From Eledone cirrhosa (taxonomy: Eukaryota): a stretch of 64,000 nucleotides of DNA. Positions within the stretch are counted from its first letter, which is position 1. Each line of letters starts with the position of its first letter. This document shows, piece by piece, positions 1 through 16,880 of this stretch. Under the pieces are notes generated by a model. It searched no databases and was not told the origin of the DNA. It saw nothing but the letters and a program-made list of their open reading frames with translations. Position numbers and translations under genes: made by a program. The stretch lies in NCBI GenBank assembly GCA_964016885.1, contig OZ024743.1, positions 162,006,001 to 162,070,000 on the forward strand, in the 5' to 3' direction.

Positions 1-1053
1 CGCAGAAACTGATAGAAACACGCATTGAAATGTTGGTGTTAGAACTTCTAATGTTCGCATATACGATTCTTTTGGCACAGTATATTGGTACAAATACTAA
101 TTATTATGAAAGATTTTACTACAATTTATATTACTGTTAGAACTATGAAATAGGAATTGAATTTCTTGCATTTATTTAAGTGAAGAGGTGAAATCGTATG
201 ACATTCATGGTTTACCCAAGAGCATTACCGATATAAGCAAAAAATAAAATGAGCACAACTAGGTATTTTAAACTCAGCAGTGCTCACCACACCACGAGTT
301 ATATTTTAGCAATGTTTTTCTTACGTTCTATTCGTGATACATACAAATAGCACACAGGCAACTGTTACAGCATATACCCTTTAACAGAAATCTGTTTTGA
401 ATTCTCACAGCACTGATATTACTATTTAGCAATAGACTATAGTAATGATATAATAAATTAACACCTTTGTCCACAGACTGAGCTACTGAATAAAGAAGTC
501 TCATTCTAGTTAAACATTTTCTTTTATTTACCACATGGAATCCAACAAATAGTAAATTGCTGTTGAACACTTTGTAACACTTATGTATTTTCATGAATAT
601 GTTTACATTTCATTTTAAAATGTGATAAAAAGTTAGATGGAGTTGTCATCTGAAGTTGAAAAAAAAGCAACAAAAACATATTTCATAAAGAGAAAAGAAC
701 CAAAAAATAAATAAAAAGCTTTGATATTTCAAGGAATTATGAACCCTGAATGTTGTATATCTTTATATAATATATGACATATCGACTTTAAAATATCTAC
801 TGTCAGTCAGTACCTATAAGAAAGGAGTTTCGTTGGTGCATCATTCTGGAGCGAGGAGAGTAAAGGAGGCAGCTAGTGAACATCTAACGCTACACCCACT
901 CTAAAGAGAACCTTTCACTTTCCTTAAATTTTGAGCATATCTCCCCGACCCGAAGTCCGAAAAGCAGTTTAATTCCGCTTTGCAAAATTTCTTTCGGATG
1001 CCTTGCTGTCAGTAAGGTAATAGTTAATATCTCATATTATTATTTTATTATTA

Positions 1054-1288
1054 GGGCGGTGGATTGGCAGAATCGGTAGAGCGTCGGACAATATGGTTAG
1101 CGGCATAGAGTTACGTCCATTTACATTCTGATTTCAGATCCCGCCGAGGTCAGCTTTGCCTTTCATCCTTACAGTGTCGATAAAATAAAGTACCAATAAT
1201 GCATTGGGGTCGATTTAATTGACTTTCCCTTTTCCCCAAAATTGCTGGCCTTGTGCCTAAATCAGAAACCATTATTATTATTATTATT
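1054..1288 (+). mobile_element. tRNA-derived SINE (family A), full length
   Basis: Head GGGCGGTGGATTGGCAGAATCGGTAGAGCG (A-box-like), degenerate B box, body CCGCCGAGGTCAGCTTTGCCTTTCATCC...GATAAAATAAAGTACC, 3' TGCTGGCCTTGTGCCTAAA and ATT tail; seven or more copies in the window. Confidence 0.85.
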
Positions 1289-1294
1289 AACTTT

Positions 1295-1406
1295 GGTTAA
1301 CTTTGCCTTTCATCTTTACGGGGTCGATAAAATAAAGTACCAGTAATGTACTGGATAATTGCTGGCCTTGTGCCTAAAGTAGAAACAATTATTATTATTA
1401 TTATTG
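1295..1406 (+). mobile_element. SINE family A, 5'-truncated copy
   Basis: GGTTAACTTTGCCTTTCATC...GCTGGCCTTGTGCCTAAAGTAGAAACAATTATT, same as the 3' half of the other copies. Confidence 0.8.
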
Positions 1407-1409
1407 TTT

Positions 1410-4640
<3,231 letters not shown>

Positions 4641-4679
4641 ATACTCTTTGCGGGTCCATTTCATATATATATATATATT

Positions 4680-5160
4680 TCATCACTCTCACAGGCCCTA
4701 ACGGGTCATTCCGTATCCGCCAATCCTTCACCTACACATCCACCCACGTTGTCTATGCCTTTGGTTGTTCCCTTTGCAGGTCCTTATACATCGGACAAAC
4801 GGGACGCCGTATGGCGGACCGTTTTGCTGAGCATTTGAGGGACATACGACTCGGTTTGGATACTCCTGTCGCTCGTCATTTCCGTTCTCCTGGTCACTCT
4901 TCCCTATATGTCTCAGTCCTGGATGTCCCTTTACATCATGGATCACAGCCCTCGCGCACCAGGACTGAACAGAGTCTGATTTACCGCCTTGGGTCCTGTT
5001 TCCCTCATGGACTCAACTCACCTCCCAATTTCTTTAATATCCCATCCATTGTCACACATGCGCTTTTACATCCACTCCTAGATTCCTATGGCTCCCTTAT
5101 GGTCAGAAACATATACTTTTACAGATAATACAGACCGACAAAATATGCACACTCCACTTT
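4680..5160 (+). mobile_element. Penelope-like element 3' fragment (GIY-YIG endonuclease)
   Basis: HVVYAFGCSLCRSLYIGQTGRRMADRFAEH...VARHF...EQSLIYRLGSCFPHGLN; begins at a (TA)n tract. Confidence 0.85.
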
Positions 5161-5235
5161 TCCCTTCACAGCTCTGTATACACACAAAGACACCCTTATT
5201 TTAACATACTTTTGCTCATAGCTTCGGACATACAA

Positions 5236-5330
5236 GCACACACACACACTCTTTTACTTACATATACACACACATATCTTCTTAGCTTCGTACGGACGTA
5301 TAACACACACACACACACGTACACACACAC

Positions 5331-5412
<82 letters not shown>

Positions 5413-5456
5413 ACTTATATATACACACACATATCTTCTTAGCTTCGTACGGACGT

Positions 5457-5550
<94 letters not shown>
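5236..5550. repeat. (CA)n microsatellites with a duplicated ~55-bp spacer
   Basis: CTCTTTTACTTA...CATATCTTCTTAGCTTCGTACGGACGTATAA occurs twice between CA tracts. Confidence 0.9.
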
Positions 5551-5552
<2 letters not shown>

Positions 5553-5875
5553 CATACGCACGCGCACAAGTATAGCTCTTTATACAAAACGATTTTTTTT
5601 CCATTTCAGGTAGACGCGCTCCATCATCCACGTTTCTAAAAAAATAATTCATACACAAAACGCCAGCATCAACAGTTTTCCAAGAGATGTCAACATGAAT
5701 GGACCTGTTATTTTTGTCTAAAGACATTTTTTCCAATTCCACCCCGCCTGTCCTTTCAATTTATCTTATTTCTCTAACGTCCGAAACTTTAAGACCCTCT
5801 TTCTGTTATTTCAAGCGTTAACCTAATATATTCCTTCAATATACTGTACCGATTGTGTCGTTATTTCTGTTTACC

Positions 5876-5960
<85 letters not shown>

Positions 5961-5975
5961 ACACACACACGCACG

Positions 5976-6006
<31 letters not shown>

Positions 6007-6018
6007 CACACGTATATG

Positions 6019-8138
6019 TAGATAAATCTACCAAAATAAACGGTAGTGTCCAATCCGTATGAAGAACTCAATGTAATCCAAATATAGAAGATATCATGAA
6101 AAGAGAAAATGCATTCAAAGTTTAACGATAAATATCATAGGAAAACAGTCAAGATAATCAGACTAAAACATCAATTAATCTAACTAAACCTATATATAAT
6201 AAAATCACTAATAGTAACTCTCTCAGTAAACCTCCAGATACATCATATAAATATAAGAAACAATGTCGAAACCGTAATAGACGGGTTACTTGGTATAATG
6301 CTCTATTTAATCTACAGATTAAAGACCATATCCCTAAAAAATTCTTTGCTATCCTAGAGAAAAATTTCACACCAAACCATAAATACCATCAATTTTTAAA
6401 TAGATCTACTGTCAAATTTTCCTACTCCTCTACCAAGAATATATAACAGAATATAAGTGCGTACAACACATATAAGTGTAAAAAAACATAAATATACCAC
6501 CAACACATCAAACCAACCATAGTAATACTAAAGTAAACCTAAACAAACCACCTTCTTCTTCACCTATAATAGACTCCACACCTACTTTAATAAACTCTAC
6601 ACCTACTTTGACTAATAATCTCCAAAACAAACAAAGTTCTACTAACTCCACATCCCCTAAACTATCACCCACCAACAACCTGTCTAACCTTACTAATCTA
6701 ATTAAAACCCATTCTAAATCATACATTAATGAAAATAGTAACAATAATAACACTATAGATAACACAATTAACTCTACTGACACAATATTTACGAATGCTG
6801 TAACTGTAGAATCAAAAGAAATTGCCCATTAAAGGGAAATTGTCTTATTAATAATATAGTCGATAAATGTGTAGTTAGTACTAAGGACTCCACTCAATCC
6901 TATATAGGAGCTACGTCTAACCAATTTAAAGTAAGATTTAATACCCACAAACATAGTTTTAAAAATGCCGCATTAGCTAAAACAACCTCATTGGCTGAAG
7001 CAATTAATAATTATAGAAAGAAGGGTATTGATTACAACCTGACCTGGAGCGTGCTCATAAGGGCCACTCCTTATCAAAATAGTAGATATGAGTGTAGGTT
7101 ATGCTCCCAAGAACTATTTGAAATCATGAAATCTAATGATATCCTATTAAATAAGCGACAGGAATTAATTATATCATGCAATCATAGAATTAGAAAAACC
7201 TTCAAATACTATAAACTTAATTAATATATACCTCACTCTTATATTTTACAAATTATTATAATTAATTAAAAAAAAATTTTTTATTTAGTTTACCTATAAT
7301 TAAATATTTACTACAAAGAATTTCATAATTTTATTTCCCTCTTGCAGCTCACTTTACCTAAAGCTATCTTTAACCTCACTACTTCTTTTAACCGCATCCC
7401 CTATCTATCACATTTAATACCTAGGATTAGTAAATATAATTAATATCTTTAATATTATGGTTGTTTAGATAGATACACTACTTTTTATAAAATTTTATCT
7501 ATTTCAGTCTTTCTATATATATATATATATATATATATATTTTTTACTTCTTCTTTATTTATCACATCCATAAGAATTAATATAATTTTAACTCTGTAAG
7601 TATACCTATCAATTAATTTAATTTTCTTTTATGTATCTAGGTTCCTTAAAATTTAAACAGGAGTAGTATTTCTCACTAACACTCTCATCCCACAAAAAAA
7701 TGTTTTCCCTTCGTTTTTAACAACATTCTTTAATAACATCAATTTATTTTGTGAATCCTTCACTATGTCATTAACTTGAGCTCATTTTAACCCCTACCTT
7801 TCTCTTCCCCATTCTTTTCATTCAAAGCATAAAGTTACATTCCTCCACTCCTAGCATAAAGTTTCTACTACGATTATTCTATCAACTTGACCTCTAACTA
7901 TTGGTCAATTCAAAACCTGTTCCCAAACAGACTTTTTGTATTAATACTTTCTTTCAATAAACATACTTCATCATTTCTGAAGATGGCATATATAAGTGAA
8001 GGTATGTATATCTCCTCTGATAATTTGTAATTTTTTTTACATAGATCTTTAATATGATATACATACCAACATTCACATATATATCCCAGAAACGATCGTA
8101 AAATGATGGTTTTTTAATATAAGGAACCTGTTCTTTGT

Positions 8139-8145
<7 letters not shown>
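6019..8145 (+). mobile_element. Degenerate Penelope-like element (Naiad-type C-terminus) with 3' pseudo-LTR
   Basis: RVTWYNALF..FLNRSTVKFSYS; CNCRIKRNCPLKGNC; YIGATSNQFKVRF; CRLCSQE..LLNKRQEL..CNH (6991-7224); HHR near the 3' end; ends in (TA)n. Confidence 0.8.
7969..8108 (+). ncRNA. Type I hammerhead ribozyme with long stem II
   Basis: CATCATTT-CTGAAGA-TGG...CCCA-GAAAC-GATC-GTA-AAATGATG; 8-bp helix I, palindromic loop III. Confidence 0.8.
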
Positions 8146-8169
<24 letters not shown>

Positions 8170-9532
8170 CTTTCAATGAATTGAAAGCTGGTATTTCCTT
8201 AATCGAATCACAACAGTATTGTCACTGTTTGATATCTAAAGAGAGCATGATTAAATTACAAAAGACTGCGGATGACTACAATTTTATAAAATTCAAAAGC
8301 AACCTCAATTACTATCCCATCTCCCTTTGAATTATGTTCTCCTTGTCTTGTCCTTTTCCCTTCTTAGTAACCCTTTACATTTTAGTGGTTTTATTGCTGG
8401 AATTTTATTTCTGCTCTTCAACACTGTAAGCTAACGAAAGTCCATCATACTTTTAGATAAGACTTTCGTCAGAACATTCAACCCTCGTTTCTCGGAAGAG
8501 AGACGTCCCACAGAGTTGCTCTAGTAAGCAGATAGATGTAGTGCTTAAGTTGGCAACTCGATAAATGTTAGCTAAAGGAGAGCTTCACTTTCAACCTTCA
8601 ACTTTCAACTACTGACTATGGCAACGAATACAGCCACACATCTCGATTCACTGAGATAAACATACTCAATTCATTTGCCAGAAGTCACAAACATCTTCTC
8701 AGTGCTCTTACTCTTGGATGTTTCTACCAAACTTGTACTACAGTATATATATATATACATACATATATATATATATATAAATGGAAACTATATTTATAAA
8801 ACCATATTTATTATATTAAAATCAAGTGGAATATATTGATATCTCTAAATCATAATATCTATAACATTTGCTATAATTCCACTTCTTAAAATATATACGT
8901 ATATAATTCTAATTTTTAAAAAATTTTAATTGTAATTTTAATTTTAATAATTTTTAATTCTTAATTTTTATTTCTTTAAAAATGACTTATCTCTTATAAA
9001 TTATTAAAAAAAAAGAATTTTCTCAAATTTTTCAATATTTTTTCAATATTTTTTAATAGATTTATAACCACTAACTGATTCTGGCTAAATGTATCTTTCA
9101 ACATCTATACTTATTTTGACTAAATAGTCTCACACTAACGAATAAATAAATTAAACTGGAATTTTCCGTATCTTCCTATTTTAAAACATATACATATAAA
9201 TATTCTTATTAACTCAGTTAATTTAATTTAATTTAACTTAATATTTATTTACATTAAATACAAAACCAATATCCCTCATAACTCATTAGAACAATTATCT
9301 ATAATGTGATACACCCATCTATCTATCTATTTATTTATGTATTTATTTATTTATAACAGAAAATATATTATAAACGGATTTTAAACAACTTATAATCGTA
9401 AATACACGTACTATTAAGATATAAACTTTGAATATATTTCCCCCAAATTAACGTTATTTGAGTTTTATTCATCTGCTCTTGTTTCTTTCTTCTCTCTTTC
9501 TCGTACTATTTTTTATCCTTCTCCTCTTATCT

Positions 9533-9645
<113 letters not shown>

Positions 9646-9796
9646 GTCGTTTAAATAAACGGTTGTTTTTACATATTCATTTGCATATTCACACATAAGT
9701 TTGAAAAATCCCTAATATATTTCCACTATCCAGTGAATTTCCAACCGATAAGGTATGATTTTCATGGGTATGTCTCTATTTATAAAACAAACTTTG

Positions 9797-9860
9797 TATT
9801 TTATCTGATGAAAGCGTACCAAAGTTGCCTTGGTACCCTTTAAATATATATAATAAAATA
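9797..9860 (+). ncRNA. Degenerate hammerhead ribozyme (GAAA changed to TAAA)
   Basis: TATTTTAT-CTGATGA-AAGCGTACCAAAG ttgc CTTGGTACCCTT-TAAAT-ATAT-ATA-ATAAAATA; the downstream flank matches 8778-8815 and 49525-49600 in reverse complement. Confidence 0.6.
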
Positions 9861-9980
9861 AATATGGTTTTATAAATATAGTTTCCATTTATCATTGAAT
9901 ATTTAGTCCAGTAACTTGTTGAGTGCTCTAAATCAGTTATAAACATTTATATTTGTTGGACTTCCAACAAATTAAATACC

Positions 9981-10079
<99 letters not shown>

Positions 10080-10500
10080 AACATCTACGGCAGGCTGGAA
10101 AGACACAACCACAAACAATTTTAAGCTTTCTGGAGACGTGTGATAAATAATTAAGTATTGCAGTCAGCATATATATTGTAGTCAGCATATGTACACTAGT
10201 ACACTATTATAATAGACGCAGCAATATATATTGAAGCCAATAAATTCTTACTTTCCTTTCTCGCCGAAGTCTATATTTTTGTTGGTGCAATACTTCATTC
10301 TTGCTCTTGTGTTGTCATGCGAGCAGAACTGACTGGCAATTCTGCTGATATACAAATCTGGCTGATCAGTGGATCTGCTAATATGCAGATCTGACTGATC
10401 AGTTAGTCTGCTAATATGCAAATCCGGCCGATCAGTCACTGTGTATTTTTGAAAATAGCATATATTTTCACTAGCTCTGACAATTTGGCAGGTGAACACT

Positions 10501-10550
10501 GAGCTGTACTGATGAAGGGTGATACCCAGAAATATTAGTGTCTACAGTTC
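10501..10550 (+). ncRNA. Type I hammerhead ribozyme in a short PLE-LTR-like unit
   Basis: GAGCTGTA-CTGATGA-AGGGT gat ACCCA-GAAAT-ATTAGT-GTC-TACAGTTC; the sequence just 3' of it is inverted at 10291-10331. Confidence 0.75.
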
Positions 10551-10711
10551 TGTTCGCATGCCAACACAAGAGCAAGAATGGAGTGTTCATTCTACTGATG
10601 GCTATAAAATTGAGGTTTGTTTCCAAAATTGCAAACGAATCGAATGTTATTATTAATATTCGAAAAACTCAGATTACATTTATTGTATTCAGCCATGTAG
10701 AGCGAAATTTT

Positions 10712-10842
<131 letters not shown>

Positions 10843-10875
10843 TATATATATAATATATATATATATATATGTATA

Positions 10876-10913
<38 letters not shown>

Positions 10914-11332
10914 GTAAGTATATTTAGAAACAGCGAGCGAGTTTTAAATTAGAAATAGAAGATTTTTCCGTATTTTTTACTAAAGAAATTTTAGCTTGAT
11001 AGTGGCGTTTAGAACCCTCTAAAAAATGGAAGAAATGTGATTATTGACGTACATAGTTGGTATTCTATAAGAATCCAGCTTCTAAAGCTCATAGCAAAAA
11101 CAGATAAACAGATAAACAGATAAACAGATAAACAGATAAACAGATAACCGCTAAAGAACGAGAAACGCGTCGATTATTCCCCTTTGTTTTTGCTGAAGCT
11201 AGATATGTGACTATAGTCACTACCTTAAATTCATAGTGAAAGGCCTTCAAAATGTTTTAAAATAAACATACAGTATATTATTAAATATACAATACTTGAT
11301 TCATATATACATCGTTATTTCAGAGCTTCAAC

Positions 11333-11396
<64 letters not shown>

Positions 11397-11436
11397 ACGT
11401 GTGTACGTGCGTTTGTGTGTGCGTGTGTGTGTATGT

Positions 11437-11480
<44 letters not shown>

Positions 11481-11743
11481 CGATAGCTGCCGGTGTTTTT
11501 GTATAGCTACGGCTTTCTAAATGTTTATTTATAGACATACCGTATTTCTTTAGAAATACAAAATTCCGATACATATCTGTATACAGCTATGCTCGAAGCT
11601 AAATTCTAATTCTATTCTATTATAAGTTGAACCAACTGATGCAGCTTTATATGCAAATGAGATTAATCACCTCATTTACACAGACGAGAAAACTATATAT
11701 TCTCGCCTGTTTTCAATGTCCAGCAGTTGCAACAGCGAGGGTG

Positions 11744-11787
11744 ATCGTCCTGATGAGAATCAGTTCAGTTCGAAATGCACCGACGAT
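11744..11787 (+). ncRNA. Hammerhead ribozyme with decayed cleavage site
   Basis: ATCGTC-CTGATGA-GAAT cagttca GTTC-GAAATGCACC-GACGAT; lies within a unit bounded by ~90-bp direct repeats (11484-11573 and 11828-11920). Confidence 0.6.
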
Positions 11788-11929
11788 TGTCCCCCCTTGC
11801 TTCTGCTAGACACTGCCAGGCGGCGGTAGCTGCCGGTGTTTTTGCATTAGCTACGGCTTTCTAAATGTTTAAAACATAAACATACCACATTTCTTTAGAA
11901 ATACGAAATTCCAATACATCTCTCTCCCC

Positions 11930-12018
<89 letters not shown>

Positions 12019-12233
12019 TGGACCACTTTTATAATTTTTCTCCTTATGTAGAGAACAAAACGTTGAATAATGCTACTAATTTTAGTGGCAGTATCAACAC
12101 GTTTATAATAAACAGCTATTATCTGCGACCTGATTTTGCGTGTGTGTCATTTTAACGGCTTGACCGCATGCGTTGGGCAGGAAGCGAAATATTTATTTTC
12201 TGTAAGGCTGGCAACCTTATAGTATGGAAATAA

Positions 12234-12313
12234 GCTGTCTGAAGATTCATTTCTTTCCATTGGAAATTCTCTGGATTTCCAATATTTGGAATGGTGAAAC
12301 CGTCGGTAACAGC
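12234..12313 (+). ncRNA. Type I hammerhead ribozyme, copy 1
   Basis: GCTGT-CTGAAGA-TTCATTTC...GAATGGT-GAAAC-CGTCG-GTA-ACAGC. Confidence 0.8.
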
Positions 12314-12693
12314 AATAGAACAGGTGATTATTTAAATCGTTTTTTAATTTATTTAGAAATTTGTTTGATAACCGCTTGCTCCGCTCTTTTTATATTGTTC
12401 TCAAATTAGTACCATCGAACCACAAATATTATAAACACCTTGCATATTTCTACAAGTACTTAGTGCCTGTTGAAGTATTCATCCACTTTTATAATTTTTC
12501 TCCTTATGTAGAGAACAAAACGTTGAATAATGCTACTAATTTTAGTGGCAGTATCAACACGTTTATAATAAATAGCTATTATCTGCGACCTGATTTTGCG
12601 TGTGTGTCATTTTAACGGCTTGACCACATGCGTTGAGCAGGAAGCGAAATATTTACTTTCTGTAAGTCTGGCAACCTTATAGTATGGAAATAA

Positions 12694-12773
12694 GCTGTCT
12701 GAAGATCCATTTCTTTCCATTGGAAATTCTCTGGATTTCCAATATTTGGAATGGTGAAACCGTCGGTAACAGC
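12694..12773 (+). ncRNA. Type I hammerhead ribozyme, copy 2
   Basis: GCTGT-CTGAAGA-TCCATTTC...GAATGGT-GAAAC-CGTCG-GTA-ACAGC, 460 nt after copy 1. Confidence 0.8.
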
Positions 12774-13052
12774 AATAGAACAGGTGATTATTTAAATCGT
12801 TTTTTAATTTATTTAGAGAATTGTTTGATAACCGCTTGCTCCGCTCTTTTTATATATATATATTGGTCTATTGATTTTTCCCTGGATTTCACTAAATTCT
12901 GTGGATGAATCTATATCCTGATTCTCTTTGAGATGAGTTTGAATTATTTTTCCCACATCTTACGTTAACTATTTTTCCCATTTTGACGCTATAGTCACTT
13001 ATATATTATGGAATACTGTTGGCTTTTCGCTACAATGTTTTCTATACCTTTC

Positions 13053-13101
<49 letters not shown>

Positions 13102-13103
<2 letters not shown>

Positions 13104-13740
13104 GCAACAAAAAACTCTACCATACATCTCCACACACAAAACCCTCAACAATGAGGCATTCGACACCATCCTCCAGAACATTCCTTTACTAAAAAGAGAC
13201 CCAATAATGAACTATATCCTCCAAACACACAACATCATAAAGAGCAAAAGACAACCCAAATCCATAAAAAACATCCTCACACAAGCCAAAATCCAACAAA
13301 CCCTCACAATGAACCCTACAGTAACAAAATGAGGAAGACCCAACTGTGGAATATGCATAAATCTAATAGAAGGTTCAACATTCCAATTTAAACAAGGACA
13401 ACGTTTCACAGTTAAACACAACTTTACATGTGCATCTGAAAACCTTAACTATGTTTTGACCTGCTCAGGTTGTCAAGAGCACTACATAGGACAGACAAAA
13501 AACAGCCTTCGTCAACGTATGACCGTCTATAAATCACAAATTAAAATACAGGAATACAGAAAGATTGCATTTAGTGAACATATCGCCAATTGTGCTCTCA
13601 ACCAACATCCAAACTTTAAAATTTTCCCCATTTACAAATTCATAGACAACGCTACTTTCATCCAACGTACCAATAAGGAAACACATTTCATTAATAAATT
13701 TCAACCCCTACTTAATGCTCTAAAAATCGGACCAATCTAA
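13102..13740 (+). mobile_element. Penelope-like element 3' fragment (Cys-rich linker plus GIY-YIG)
   Basis: One frame reads LPYISTH..KRQPKSIKNILT..K*GRPNCGIC..FTCASENLNYVLTCSGCQEHYIGQT..ETHFINKFQPLLN. Confidence 0.85.
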
Positions 13741-14015
13741 AACTGCAACAAACAATCAAACATTTACAAGAGTTACCTCCCTCACACCCTGCCTAATCCT
13801 TTTTCTTAAATAAATTAAATATCACCCAGCAAGAAGGGAAATTAAATAAATTAAATATCACCCAGCTAAAAAGGGAAATCATATCAAACCTCAGTCCACC
13901 ATTTGCCTCCATCACGGAATCATGGATCAACTAAGCACTCTTGCTATATTAACACATTTTGATCTGCTTAACTTCAATGACTTTGCTTGTAAATAACATT
14001 ATTTTTTCTTCCACA

Positions 14016-14200
14016 GGGCGGTGGTTTGGCAGTATCGGTAGAGGGTCAGACACCATGCTTTCCAGCATAGTTACGTCGCTTTACGATCTGAGTTCAAATC
14101 CCGCCGAGGTTGACTTTGCCTTTCATCCTTACGGGGTCGATAAAATAAAGTACCAGTAATGCACTCGGTAATTGCTGGCCTTGTGCCTAAAGTAGAAACA
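14016..14200 (+). mobile_element. SINE family A with 18-bp target-site duplication
   Basis: A box TGGCAGTATCGG, B box GAGTTCAAATCC; ATTATTTTTTCTTCCACA at 13998-14015 and 14201-14218. Confidence 0.9.
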
Positions 14201-14593
14201 ATTATTTTTTCTTCCACATTGACTTTTTACGTTCCACATTATGCACGTTTTTTTTCCTTTTTCTTTTTTCTTTTCACTTCATAAACCTTGTTTGTAAATA
14301 ACATTATTCTTTCTGCACCTTCTGTTTAACATGTGCGACACCACACTAATACATTTCACTATCATTTGATAATGTATAAAAATGTTGAAACCGGTAATAG
14401 ACAATAATTAAATATATATATAGATAAATAAATGCCATTGTTAAATAATAAATAAATCAACTAATATCTTAACACTTCACACAAAGTAAAACATTTCGTT
14501 TTAATCATTTTCTAACCCAGAAAAAGAGAGAGAGAGAAGCAAAAAAGGAAAAAAATATATTTTTCTTCCTAATAATCTTCTCTTTCTCCCTGT

Positions 14594-14634
<41 letters not shown>

Positions 14635-16040
14635 GTCAGGTCACTCTTCAGTACAACCTGTGCATGGTTTGGTTGTCACTCTGATATAAAATCTACGACT
14701 TTGTTTGCATCCAATTATGTAGACAGGTTCTTCTTTTTGGGCAAATGCATTCGATGTTCAGAGGGATTGCCCCGAGCAAAGCTTTTCCTTAAAAAAGCTT
14801 CAAGCACAGGCAAGTTTGCGAGTCTCATGCTTAAGTTTCAAGCGAGGGCCTTACTCGAAATCAAGTTGCAGACACATCACAATATATATATATATATATA
14901 TACAAACTTTTTCCGCAGATCGGTCAGAACTTCAAACTTCAAACATGTTTCACAAAGGATGGTATAATAGTGAAATAATTAACTAATTAGCAGTGAGTTA
15001 ATCAACTTTTTCTGCTTTTTGCCCATATGAGTCTGTGAGTATTGATTTATTATTTTTTAGATCGTACAGGCAAACTTTATGTTGTTGAATTAAGATATTT
15101 CATTCTAGCGATTTTATTAGTCAATTGCAACTAAAACATGTAAATGTTCATCAAATATTAATTTATTCTGCTCAGAAGCGATTCTTAGAGCTGAAATGAT
15201 TGTAAATGACCCCATTGAGTCTAAACTCTAAGCTATTTATATATATATATATATATTAGAGTTATGACTTTTTTACTTTTTGTAAATTAATTGATTTCCT
15301 GTATCATTCGATGAACTTTTGATAAAAAAAATAATGGAAAAAGATTTAATTTAGTCTATTTCTTAAAAGTGTCTCCCCCAACACGAAATTTCTAAAGTTG
15401 TACATAAGTATAATAGTACTATGACTTTCTGGAATTTCTAGTACTTTCTGAAACCTTCTAGAACTTTCTGAAAATTTACGACGTGCATTTTGTGGGAGTA
15501 TAAAAGCCTGAGCGCTGGATGGGTTGTCATTTAGATGAGACGAATGGGAAAAGTGTGTTGTGTTTGTGATAAAATATTCTTTTTTCTTTCACAATATACA
15601 AGCTTCCTGATTAAGAAAGGAAGCTGTTGATTTGCTGAAAGATTCCCAAGAATTCATTTTTAAGCTTAATGTCTCATAAAAAGGTGCTTCTACCACTGAA
15701 AGAAACGAATGGATCTGGATGAAGAATCTCATAAGAAAAGAAGGACTGTTTCACAAGAAGAACACTCATTGAAAAAAAAAAGCAGGATACCACTCAAAAT
15801 ACAAATTGTTGGTCGCTATCTGTTCATTGGAGCATCCATCAAAGGAAGGAAAAATCGTATAAAAGAAATCACTAAAGTAGCAAGTTTATGGCAAAAAAAA
15901 TTAAATTTCCCAAATTTATCAACTTATGCCATAAAAAGTCATACAAGCAAAACTAGATCACGTGTTAAGCTGAATGTGTGAAACGAGGAAAATATGATCC
16001 ATTGAATGAAATTTTTGACGTCACGATGAAGCCCAGTACT

Positions 16041-16238
16041 TAATAATAAATTGTTTCTACTTTTGCCACAAGGCCAGCAATTATTCCAGTGCATTACTGG
16101 TACTTTATTTTATCGACCCCGTAAGGATGAAAGGCAAAGTTAGCCTTGGCGGGATTTGAACACAGATCATAAAGGGAGGTAACTCTATGTTTCAAAGCAT
16201 GGCGTCCGACCCTCTACCGATACTGCCAATCCACCGCC
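16041..16238 (-). mobile_element. SINE family A, full length
   Basis: Reverse complement of the 14016 copy. Confidence 0.85.
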
Positions 16239-16274
<36 letters not shown>

Positions 16275-16275
16275 G

Positions 16276-16880
16276 TTTCTTTATTGGCCACAAGGGCTAA
16301 CATGAAGAAAAACATTACAGACGGCACAGAACGGTACAGGACGATACAAAGTGGGTTTTGGCCGTGTAAAAAAGGGTATAAGAAGATAGAAATATCAAAC
16401 AAATTCAAACAACAAAAATTCCCCAATAGGGGGGAAACTTCCAAGGGTCACTCGTGGCGAAAACCACACAAAAGACTACGGCTACCCTGACCACCAAGGC
16501 AAGCGCCCTCTCCCAGTTTTCCACTCCTCAGTCTACAGGCACATACTCAGAGCGGGCCCGTTCACTCGGACCAGACTCGCCACTTTCACCCACCTTTCAA
16601 CAAACTTACTAGAAGACTGCACTTGTCTCTCCACCCTGATTTTCCCCTTCAAGTGAAATTTGAAAAAGTTAATCAGGGATTCGCTGAAGAGGAAAATATC
16701 CGTCTTCAATCCTTTCAACCTTGTCCACCATACAATCTCTTTCGCCATGGCCACCAGGCAGATGAAAACTGCCTGCCCTTCGTCCTCCTTAAAGGAGGAC
16801 CACGGGGCTATCTGCACAATGGACTCAGTCGATAACCGGATCCGTCCTACACGTGACAGCAAATGTTCGACATAGCTCCA
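16276..16880 (-). mobile_element. Tx1-like LINE 3' fragment
   Basis: ORF 16533-16862 (MAKEIVWWTRLKGL..ERWVKVA..VNGPALSMCL) is homologous to the ORF2 C-terminus at ~47460-47794; AATAAA then (TTA)n tail. Confidence 0.85.

Larger units (their letters stand above)
12022..12850 (+). repeat. 460-bp tandem unit (~1.8 copies), one HHR per copy
   Basis: CCACTTTTATAATTTTTCTCC... begins at ~12023 and ~12483; flanked by (TA)n. Confidence 0.9.

Noticed and set aside
325-649. Possible minus-strand exon (TTTCAACTTCAG acceptor, GTAAGA donor)
   Set aside because: All frames hit stops; it could be a UTR exon but the sequence alone does not support a call
1054-1145. tRNA gene
   Set aside because: A and B boxes are present but there is no cloverleaf; it is the head of a multicopy SINE
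14360-14402. HHR-like TTGATAA...GAAACCGGTA at the end of the 13102 PLE
   Set aside because: Helix I and stem II pair poorly; probably a decayed HHR, not counted
15255-16035. Possible DNA-transposon relic with ORF 15709-15981
   Set aside because: No recognisable catalytic motif or paired terminal inverted repeats
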